A DNA stretch of 64,000 nt from Alphaproteobacteria bacterium (GTDB lineage: Bacteria > Pseudomonadota > Alphaproteobacteria > GCA-2731375): contig CBDDPY010000002.1 of assembly GCA_965232515.1 (NCBI GenBank), forward strand, positions 1,920,001 to 1,984,000, written 5' to 3'. Of this stretch, positions 29,054-36,905 are shown piece after piece. How positions within the stretch are numbered: position 1 is the stretch's first letter; each line of letters starts with the position of its first letter. The notes beneath the pieces are model-generated. The model did not search any database. It saw nothing but the letters and a program-made list of their open reading frames with translations, and had not been told where the DNA came from. Position numbers and translations under genes: made by a program.

Positions 29054-29491
29054 ATGGATGACTTCCACGTCGCCGTCGGCGAGGAGACCCGCTTCGCCAA
29101 GACCATCGGCGAGAGCGACATCTACGGCTTCGCCGGCATCACCGGCGACTTCGCCGCGCCGCACCTGAACGAGGAATACATGAAGGCCTCGCCCTTCGGC
29201 CATCGGGTCGCGCACGGGGCCATGCTGGTCGGCTTCATGTCGACGGCGTCCGCCATGATGGCGAACCGCGTCATGCACCCCGGCAGCACCGTGACGCCGA
29301 TGTCCGTCGGCTACGACCGGGTCCGGTTCACCGCGCCGGTCTATATCGGCGACACCGTGACCGTCACCTACCGCATCAGCGAAATCGATCCAGCCCGCAA
29401 CCGCAGCCGCGCGGCGCTCACCGCCGTCAACCAGAACGGCGAAACCGTCGGCGTGGCCGAGCACATCATGCAATGGGTGCCGAACGCCTGA
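29054..29491 (+). CDS. MaoC-family (hotdog) dehydratase
   Basis: FAGITGD..P.HLN, RVAHG, RFTAPVYIGDT. Confidence 0.9.
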   Translation: MDDFHVAVGEETRFAKTIGESDIYGFAGITGDFAAPHLNEEYMKASPFGHRVAHGAMLVGFMSTASAMMANRVMHPGSTVTPMSVGYDRVRFTAPVYIGDTVTVTYRISEIDPARNRSRAALTAVNQNGETVGVAEHIMQWVPNA

Positions 29492-29506
29492 CCGGTTTGC
29501 CCCAGA

Positions 29507-29986
29507 CTAGATTGCCGCTTCCGCCACGCCGAACCGCGCCCGCCGGGCATCGCCCATCAGGCTTTCGAAGCGCTTGGATGTCACGTGCACCAAGCTGGCA
29601 TGATCGCCGCCCTCGAAATAGACATCCGGTTGTGACGTCAGACTGTCGTCAAAGATAACGTCGACACCGTACGCCGCGCCGATGGCCGGCACGGCGCCCA
29701 GGTCGCAGTCGTCGAACAGCTCCCCGATTTCCGCTTCCGTCGCCAGCGCCAGATCCTGCTGCAGCCAGTCTTCCAGGTCATGCAGTTGAATCCGATGCGA
29801 GGCCGGCAGCACCGCCAGCAGATACCCGTCATCGCCCTTCAGCAACACCGCCTTGGCGATGCGCTCGCTGGCGATATGGCTCACCGCTGCCGTCTCGATG
29901 GCGGATTCCGTGTGCCGGTGAGTGACGACGTCATAGTCGACATGCTGATTGTCGAGATACGCCTGCAATGTGATCGCGATTGCCAT
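29507..29986 (-). CDS. YbaK/ProX-family aminoacyl-tRNA deacylase-like protein
   Basis: AKAVLL, LATEAE...F.DC.LGAVP.IG, YFEGGDH. Confidence 0.85.
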   Translation of the reverse strand: MAIAITLQAYLDNQHVDYDVVTHRHTESAIETAAVSHIASERIAKAVLLKGDDGYLLAVLPASHRIQLHDLEDWLQQDLALATEAEIGELFDDCDLGAVPAIGAAYGVDVIFDDSLTSQPDVYFEGGDHASLVHVTSKRFESLMGDARRARFGVAEAAI

Positions 29987-30079
29987 GATCATCTCCCTCA
30001 CGATCCGTGCGCGCTGCCGCCGGCAGCATCCGCACGCAGGTCACCATCGCAACGGTGACGTGGCTGGCGTTGCATTGCG

Positions 30080-30093
30080 TTGACCTTCATCAA
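30080..30093. promoter_or_regulatory. FNR/FixK-type box TTGAC-N4-ATCAA
   Basis: One mismatch to TTGAT-N4-ATCAA, between the divergent YbaK and GYD genes. Confidence 0.65.
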
Positions 30094-30248
30094 AGCCCGC
30101 CGACGGAAGTCGGTCTAGGTTCGCAATGTCGCCGCGCCTTGCGGCGTCCCATCAAGCTTCAGTGTCGTGCCGTGCGTCTCGTGTTTTCGGGCAGCCGGCT
30201 GCTGGCGTTGCCGGCGGCCCGCAACCATCGAAACCGAAGGAGGAAAGC

Positions 30249-30581
30249 ATGGGACACTATGCCATGCTGTTCAATTACACCGAGAAGAGCGCCGCCGCCT
30301 TGGCGGCAAACCCGCAGGATCGCGCCGCCGAGGCCGCCAATCTGTTCGAGTCCGTGGGCGGCAAACTGCACCAGTACTATTTCGCCATCGGCGAATATGA
30401 CGGCCTGGTCATTGCCGAGGTGCCCGATACCGTGAGCTATGCCGCGTTGGCGCTCGCCGTCGCCGGGACGGGATCGATCACCAATCTGCGCGGCCTCCCG
30501 CTGCTGACCATGGACGACGCCATGCAGGCCATGCGCAAGGCCGGCGAACTGGTCCAGAGCTACCGTCCGCCCGCAGGCTGA
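30249..30581 (+). CDS. GYD-domain protein
   Basis: ESVGGKL...YFAIGEYDG motif; GGAGG RBS. Confidence 0.85.
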   Translation: MGHYAMLFNYTEKSAAALAANPQDRAAEAANLFESVGGKLHQYYFAIGEYDGLVIAEVPDTVSYAALALAVAGTGSITNLRGLPLLTMDDAMQAMRKAGELVQSYRPPAG

Positions 30582-30588
30582 CGCGCCG

Positions 30589-32331
30589 CTACTCCGCCGC
30601 GGCCTCCCCGCCGCGAAGGCGGCCGGTCGCGGCGGCATCGACGCTACCGTCGGCCGTAATCGCGACGCCATACATTGCCGCGGCCTGTTCGGGCGTGTAG
30701 TAGCCGCGGGCGACGTCGCGGGCGACGAGCGCCGGGTCGCGCTGCAACGGATCGCCGTAGCCGCCACCGCCCGGCGTCGATACCTCGATCACGTCGCCGG
30801 GACCGACCTGGATGTCCTGGTCCTTCGACAGGTGCGGCGGCACGTAGGTCTCGCCGTCGCGGTGGATCGCCACCCGGTTGACCCCGCCGTCGGCGCCGCC
30901 GAGCACGCCCTGCGGACCATAGCGGCCATGGTCCATGACCATCGAGGCCCGAGCCCAGCCGTCGCGGATGCGGATCGTGTAGTCGACACCGAAGCCACCG
31001 CGCTGCCGGCCTGGCCCGCCGGAGCCTTCGCTGAGGGCGAACCGCTCGAACAGCACGGGATAGCGCTGCTCCAGCACCTCGACAGGCTGCATGGTCGAGA
31101 TGCCGATGGTCGAGCAGCCGTTCGACAGTCCGTCGCCGTCCTTCGCGCCGCCATAGCCGCCGCCGGTGAAGAGATACATCACGTAGGGCTTGTCCTTGCC
31201 GGGATCGTGGCCGCCCAGCGCGAAGTTGCCGCTGGTGCCGGCCGGCGCCGCGAACAGGATGTCGGGGATCGCCTGCACCAGGGCCGCGAACACGGCCTCG
31301 GCGATACGTTGGCTGACCTCGGCCGCGCAGCCCGATACCGGCCGCGGATAACGCGCATAGAGGAACGTGCTGTCGGGGTCGGTAATGTGCAGCGGCTCGT
31401 AGGTGCCGGCGTTGATCGGCACTTCGGGAAAGATGTGCTTCATCGCCAGATAGATCGACGAGCGCGTCGAGGCGATGACGCTGTTCATCGGCCCCTTACA
31501 GGGCGGGCTCGAACCGGACAGATCGAAATAGAGCTCGGTGCCTTCTTTGCGGATCTTCATGTCGATCTTCAGCGGCTCGTCGACGACGCCGTCGGAATCG
31601 ACCCAGGCGACGCTCTCATAGCTGCCGTCCGGAATGGTCGCGATCTTGGCGCGCATCTGCTGCGCCGCCCGCGCCCGCATCTCGGTGATGCAGTCCTCGA
31701 CCATACCGGCGCCATAGCGGTCGAGCAGCGCCGTCAGCCGCTTCTCGCCCACCGACAGCGCCGCGACCTGCGCCTTGATGTCGCCGATGGTCTGATCGGC
31801 GATGCGGATGTTGGACATGATGATCGCCAGGATCTCCTCGTCCAGCACACCCGCCTTGTAGAGCTTGACCGGCGGCAGCCGCAGCCCCTCCTGCTCGACT
31901 TCGGTGGCGTTCGCCGAGAAGCCGCCCGGCACCGCGCCGCCGGTATCGCGCCAGTGGCCGGTATTCGACAGCCAGCAGAAGATCTCGCCGTCGTAATAGA
32001 ACGGCTTCGCCATGCGCACGTCCATCAGGTGCGTGCCGCCCAGATAGGGATCGTTGACGATATAGAGGTCGCCCGGCGCCAGGTCCTTCGCCCGCTCGAT
32101 CACCGTCTGCGTCGAATACTGCATGGTGCCGACGAAGATCGGCAGCCCCATCTCGCCCTGGGCGATCAGCTCACCGTTGTCGCGATGATAGATCCCGTCC
32201 GACCGGTCCATGGCCTCGGCGATCACCGGCGAGAAGGCCGAGCGCTGAAACGCCAGGTCCATCTCGTTGCAGACCTGCTGCAATCCGTTCTGAATCACCG
32301 CCAGCGTGACGGGATCGATATTGCGGCTCAT
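30589..32331 (-). CDS. Hydantoinase B / 5-oxoprolinase beta subunit
   Basis: DPVTL, EM...QRSAFS, NDPYLGGTHL.D, GSGGPGRQRGG, TPGGGGYGDP. Confidence 0.92.
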   Translation of the reverse strand: MSRNIDPVTLAVIQNGLQQVCNEMDLAFQRSAFSPVIAEAMDRSDGIYHRDNGELIAQGEMGLPIFVGTMQYSTQTVIERAKDLAPGDLYIVNDPYLGGTHLMDVRMAKPFYYDGEIFCWLSNTGHWRDTGGAVPGGFSANATEVEQEGLRLPPVKLYKAGVLDEEILAIIMSNIRIADQTIGDIKAQVAALSVGEKRLTALLDRYGAGMVEDCITEMRARAAQQMRAKIATIPDGSYESVAWVDSDGVVDEPLKIDMKIRKEGTELYFDLSGSSPPCKGPMNSVIASTRSSIYLAMKHIFPEVPINAGTYEPLHITDPDSTFLYARYPRPVSGCAAEVSQRIAEAVFAALVQAIPDILFAAPAGTSGNFALGGHDPGKDKPYVMYLFTGGGYGGAKDGDGLSNGCSTIGISTMQPVEVLEQRYPVLFERFALSEGSGGPGRQRGGFGVDYTIRIRDGWARASMVMDHGRYGPQGVLGGADGGVNRVAIHRDGETYVPPHLSKDQDIQVGPGDVIEVSTPGGGGYGDPLQRDPALVARDVARGYYTPEQAAAMYGVAITADGSVDAAATGRLRGGEAAAE

Positions 32332-32364
32332 GGCACGGCCCTCGCCCGACTCGACATCGCCACG

Positions 32365-32464
32365 CTTCGAGACGCGCGCTGCGCACGCTCCTCAGCGTGA
32401 GGATCTTTCCTGTATCGATGCAAATCACCCTCGTCCTGAGGAGCGGCAACGCCGCGTCTCGAAG
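32365..32464. repeat. RIME-like palindromic element
   Basis: CTTCGAGACGC...GCTCCTCAGCGTGAGG / CCTCGTCCTGAGGAGC...GCGTCTCGAAG inverted arms between the two hydantoinase genes. Confidence 0.8.
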
Positions 32465-32500
32465 GGCGACGCGCAGAATGGAACACCACCATCACCTCCC

Positions 32501-34552
32501 TCACGCCCTGTAGGCCGGCGGCACGGCGACCACCAGGTTGCCGACATCGTCCACGCGCACCGTGGCCTCGGGCTCGATGACGATCGTGGTATCGAGCTGT
32601 TCGATCACCGCCGGCCCGGCGAACTCGGCGTCGAGCGGCAGCTTCGCGCGATCGTAGATCGGCGTCTCGCGCCAACCGGCCGCGAACCAGACCCGGCGTT
32701 CGCCCGCCTGCGCCGCCGCAACGCTGTCGGCCCGAGCGTCGGCGGCCATCAGGCTCGCCAGCGACACGGCCCCGCGCCGGCCGATCACCGCCGTCTGCAG
32801 GCTGACCAGCACCGGCTGGATCTCTTTCAGTTCGAGCGAGAAACGGTTGAAGTAGACGTCCTCGAACGACCGGCGCAGCGCGTCCTTGTCCACATCAACG
32901 CCCGGCAGCGGCACGTGCAGCATGTGGCTCTGGCCCTGGAACTGCATCTCGGCCCTGTGCACCAGCACCAGTTCCTCGACCGCCACGCCCTCGCGTTCGA
33001 TGGTGGCGCGACCCTCGGCGATCTGCGCTTCCAGCACCGCCCGCACCTCGGCCATGTCGAGCTGGTCCAACGGCCGGTTCACCGAGTTCACGTAGTCGTG
33101 CCGCACGTCGGCGACGACGCAGCCGATGGCGTTGGTAATGCCCGGCCGGGCCGGGATCAGCACTGTCGGGATCGCCAGCTCGGCGGCCAGCGCCACGGCG
33201 TGCAGCGGCCCGGCGCCGCCGAAGGCGAACAGCGCGAAGTCGCGCGGATCGTGGCCGCGCGCCAGGCTGACCATGCGGATCGCGCCGGCCATGCGGTTGT
33301 TGCCGATCTGCAGGATCGCCGCCGCGGCGCCATCGGCGTCCAGGCCCAGGGGTTCGCCGACGACCGTGGCGATCCGCTCGCGCACGTGTTCGAGCGAGAC
33401 TGGGCTATCGACCGACAGCAGGGCATCCGGGTTCAGCCGGCCGAGCGCCAGATTGGCGTCCGTAATGGTCGGCTGCTCGCCGCCGCGGCCATAACAAATC
33501 GGTCCCGGCATGGCGCCCGCCGATTGCGGCCCGACCTGCAGGATGCCGGCGTCATTGATGAAGGCAAGCGAGCCGCCGCCGGCGCCGATCGAGTGCACGT
33601 CGACCATCGGCACGTGGATCGGCATGCCGTATTCCAATTGCAGTTCGGAACTGGTCGCCGGAATGCCGTCTCGGATCAAGCCGACATCGGACGACGTCCC
33701 GCCCATGTCATAGGTGATCACATTGGGAAAGCCCGACTGCGCGCCGGTAAACGCCGCCGCCATAACGCCCGACGCCGGCCCTGACATCACCGTGTTGATG
33801 GCGTGCTCGGCGACGATGCGCGACGACACGGTGCCGCCGTTGCCCTGCATGACCAGCAGGTCGCGGCCATAGCCCTGCCCCGACAGTTCGTCCGTCAGCC
33901 GCGAGATATAGCGGTCCAGCACCGGCTGGATCGCCGCGTTCACCGATGCCGCCACGCCGCGCTCGTATTCGCGGTATTCCGAGATAATGTCGCTGCCGAT
34001 GGTGATATGCCGGTTCGGCCAGACCTCGGCGGCGATTTCGGCCGCGCGCCGCTCGTGCGCCGGGTTGGCGTAGGCGTGCAGGAAATGGATCACCAGGCTC
34101 TCGCAGCCGGCAGCCGCCAGCGCCTCCGCCGCCGCTCGCACGCCCGCTTCGTCGAGCGGCCGCACCACCTCGCCGGCCGCGTCCATGCGCTCGTCCACTT
34201 CGAGGCGATGCTCGCGCGGCACCAGCGGTTCGAACGCGCCCAACAGACCATAGGCGTTCGGCCGCGTGCGCCGGCCCAGCTCAATGACGTCGCGAAAGCC
34301 CTTGGTGGTGATCAGCCCGCAACGGCTAATCTTCTTTTCCAGCAGCGCGTTGGTCGTCGTCGTCGTGCCGTGCACCAGCGCGTCGAGCTCATCCAAACGG
34401 CCGTTCACCTGACCGATCGCCGACATCACGCCGAACGCCTGATTCTCGACTGTCGTCGGCACCTTGGCGATCCGCACCTCGCCCGCCGCCTCGTCGAGCA
34501 GGATCAGATCGGTGAACGTCCCTCCGACATCGCAACCCACGACCTTGGTCAT
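32501..34552 (-). CDS. Hydantoinase A / 5-oxoprolinase alpha subunit (ATP-binding)
   Basis: DVGGTFTD, HGTT..TN, SGPASG, DMGGTSSD, GAGGGS, FGGAGPLH. Confidence 0.92.
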   Translation of the reverse strand: MTKVVGCDVGGTFTDLILLDEAAGEVRIAKVPTTVENQAFGVMSAIGQVNGRLDELDALVHGTTTTTNALLEKKISRCGLITTKGFRDVIELGRRTRPNAYGLLGAFEPLVPREHRLEVDERMDAAGEVVRPLDEAGVRAAAEALAAAGCESLVIHFLHAYANPAHERRAAEIAAEVWPNRHITIGSDIISEYREYERGVAASVNAAIQPVLDRYISRLTDELSGQGYGRDLLVMQGNGGTVSSRIVAEHAINTVMSGPASGVMAAAFTGAQSGFPNVITYDMGGTSSDVGLIRDGIPATSSELQLEYGMPIHVPMVDVHSIGAGGGSLAFINDAGILQVGPQSAGAMPGPICYGRGGEQPTITDANLALGRLNPDALLSVDSPVSLEHVRERIATVVGEPLGLDADGAAAAILQIGNNRMAGAIRMVSLARGHDPRDFALFAFGGAGPLHAVALAAELAIPTVLIPARPGITNAIGCVVADVRHDYVNSVNRPLDQLDMAEVRAVLEAQIAEGRATIEREGVAVEELVLVHRAEMQFQGQSHMLHVPLPGVDVDKDALRRSFEDVYFNRFSLELKEIQPVLVSLQTAVIGRRGAVSLASLMAADARADSVAAAQAGERRVWFAAGWRETPIYDRAKLPLDAEFAGPAVIEQLDTTIVIEPEATVRVDDVGNLVVAVPPAYRA

Positions 34553-35418
34553 GCGCCCGCCCCATTCCCCAGCCGCCGCGCCGGCAGGTCGCCGACGGTG
34601 GCGGTACGGCCGCGCAGGCTGAGATGCGCCGCCGCGATCAATCCTTCGGCCAGCATCGCGCGGGCCCGGTTAACGCCGCCGAGCAGCGCCGCGTCCACCG
34701 CGCCGTCCGGCAGATCGCCGACATCGACCGTCACCGGCAGGTCGCCGAGATCGCTGTCCGGATCCAATTCCCGCGCCGGCGTCCGCTCAATGGCGGGGTT
34801 GTCGACATTGACGGCATTGGCGATCAGTGTCGCCGCCACGTCCGCCGCGGCCGCGCTGCCGGCCAGTACGGTGACCGCATCGGCGATACCCAGTGAATGG
34901 CTACGGCCGCGCCAGCCGCTGGTGGCGATGCCGCGCACGCCCTGCACCGCCTCGATGCGGGCCAGCGCACCGATCTCCGGCCGGCCGATGTCGGCGACGA
35001 TGCCGGCATCGAACCGCTCGCCGTCGGCCAGATACAGCGCGATGTCGCCGCCGTTGTTCACATAGGCCCTGTCCAGATCGCCATCGCCGGTCATCGCCGC
35101 CAGCACCTCGTCGGCCACGGCGCCCGCGACGGCCGCCATCGGCGTCACGTAGTCGCCGCGATGCGGCCAGACCGCCGCCGCCATGCGCCGCGCGACCGGC
35201 CCACGGAACAGCGGATAGGCCGCGCTCAGGGGGCTCCGCAGGCCCGGCAGTTCCTCAACCAGTTTCTCAAGAATGTCGTCGAATCGACTCGTCGCACGTC
35301 GATATGCCGCCTGAATGTCGTCGGTAGGGCCGAATGCCTCCACCACCAGATCGATCGGCCCATGCTGCAGGTGCAGCCGCCGGCCGTCGGGCAACAGGCT
35401 GGATCGCGGCCGCTGCAC
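34549..35418 (-). CDS. UPF0280 / ApbE-like flavin transferase
   Basis: HLQHGPIDL, TPMAAVAG, VNNGGDI, GIATSGW.GRS.SLGIADAVTV. Confidence 0.85.
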   Translation of the reverse strand: MQRPRSSLLPDGRRLHLQHGPIDLVVEAFGPTDDIQAAYRRATSRFDDILEKLVEELPGLRSPLSAAYPLFRGPVARRMAAAVWPHRGDYVTPMAAVAGAVADEVLAAMTGDGDLDRAYVNNGGDIALYLADGERFDAGIVADIGRPEIGALARIEAVQGVRGIATSGWRGRSHSLGIADAVTVLAGSAAAADVAATLIANAVNVDNPAIERTPARELDPDSDLGDLPVTVDVGDLPDGAVDAALLGGVNRARAMLAEGLIAAAHLSLRGRTATVGDLPARRLGNGAGA

Positions 35419-35420
35419 GA

Positions 35421-36905
35421 TCAGGCCCCGCCCACCGGCCAGGGGTTGTCGGGCCGCCAGGGCTGCGCCTGCAGGACCTCACGCGCCAGCACGTCGGCCA
35501 GCGGCACGATGGCGTCGACATAGCCGCCCAGCGCCGCGTATTCGTCGCGCGGCATGGTGAACTCGATCGGCGCCACCAGCGCCGGCGTCGGCACATGGCC
35601 GAACGACCGCGCCGGCATGCGGGTGACATCGACCAGGAAGGTGATGCCGCCGCCGGGCCAGACATAGACCGGCGCGCCGCCGCTCGTCACCCGCGACAGA
35701 GTCTGCCGCACCGAGCGGGTCAGCCGTACCGGGTTCTCGGTGACGCCGGCGCGCAGGCTGCCGCCGGCCCCGGCCATGAACATGACCGAACAGAGCGCGG
35801 GCTCGCAGTTCTCGGCGATGCGCTCGTTCACCACGTCCAGCGGCGCCGGCATCGCGGCCGGCCGGAACCGCAGATCGTCGTCCAGTTCGTAGAAGGCCGC
35901 GTCCTCGCCGGTGGTGCTGACCATCAGCATCCGCAGGCCCGGCCAGGCGGTCTTCGGATCGACCTTTTCGATGATAGTCAGCGGATCGGTCACATCGGTG
36001 CCGCCCCAGCCGTCGCCGTGGTGCGCCACCTGGAAATAGCGGCCGGGCGTCGAACGCCGGCCGCGCACCCGCACGCCGGCGGGCGGCAGGTCCAGGAAGC
36101 GGCCGGCCTGGTGCTCGGTCAAGACGCCGGTGATGTGATCGTCGACGACCACGACCTCATCCGCGTGGCCCTGCCACTGCTTGGCGAACATGCCGATGGT
36201 GGCCGAGCCGCAGCCGACCCGCATGCGTTCCTCGACCTCGCCGTTGATGATGGGCGCGGCCCCGGCCTGCACGACGATGTCGACGCCGTCGTCGACGCTC
36301 AGCTCGACCGGTTCGCCGTTGCAAAGGTCCAGCATCATGCGGCAGGTGACCGTGCCTTCCTTCTTGCTGCCGCCGGTCAGGTGGCGCACGCCGCCCAGCG
36401 CCAGCATCTGGCTGCCGTACTCGGCCGTCGTCACGTGGCCGACCTGCTCGCCCTCGCAGCGCACGGCCTGTTGCTCCTCGCCCAGGAACCGGTCGGTGTC
36501 GATCTTCACCTTGACGCCGCAGTAGCTGAAGATGCCTTCCGAGACCACGGTCACCATGTCGACGCCGTCATGCTCCGCGGCGACGATAAACGGCGCCGGC
36601 TTGTAGTCGGGATAGGTCGTGCCCGAACCCACACCGGTCACGAACGTCGGCGCGTCCGGCACCAGACTGCCGTCCCAGCTCTCCGCCCCCTCCAGGAACG
36701 GCACCATGGCGCCGTCGCGTTCGGCCGTGGCTTGCGCCACCACCAGCGGGTCGACTCGCGTCAGCCGGCCATCGATGTTGGCGTAGCGGTCGCAGGCCCC
36801 GGCCTTGCCCGGCCGGATCCGGCACAGCACCGGACAGGCATCGCAGCGGATCAGGCCGTCATTGCCGGCCGCGTTGTCGTTGCTCGCGGTGATCGCGTCG
36901 CTCAT
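35421..36905 (-). CDS. hnr: 6-hydroxynicotinate reductase-like Fe-S flavoprotein
   Basis: N-terminal CDACPVLC..GACDRY Fe-S motif, TTYPDYKPAPFI, MRVGCGSATIG, GAGGSLRAGV, WPGGGI; start ATG 36905 overlaps the upstream stop. Confidence 0.8.
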   Translation of the reverse strand: MSDAITASNDNAAGNDGLIRCDACPVLCRIRPGKAGACDRYANIDGRLTRVDPLVVAQATAERDGAMVPFLEGAESWDGSLVPDAPTFVTGVGSGTTYPDYKPAPFIVAAEHDGVDMVTVVSEGIFSYCGVKVKIDTDRFLGEEQQAVRCEGEQVGHVTTAEYGSQMLALGGVRHLTGGSKKEGTVTCRMMLDLCNGEPVELSVDDGVDIVVQAGAAPIINGEVEERMRVGCGSATIGMFAKQWQGHADEVVVVDDHITGVLTEHQAGRFLDLPPAGVRVRGRRSTPGRYFQVAHHGDGWGGTDVTDPLTIIEKVDPKTAWPGLRMLMVSTTGEDAAFYELDDDLRFRPAAMPAPLDVVNERIAENCEPALCSVMFMAGAGGSLRAGVTENPVRLTRSVRQTLSRVTSGGAPVYVWPGGGITFLVDVTRMPARSFGHVPTPALVAPIEFTMPRDEYAALGGYVDAIVPLADVLAREVLQAQPWRPDNPWPVGGA

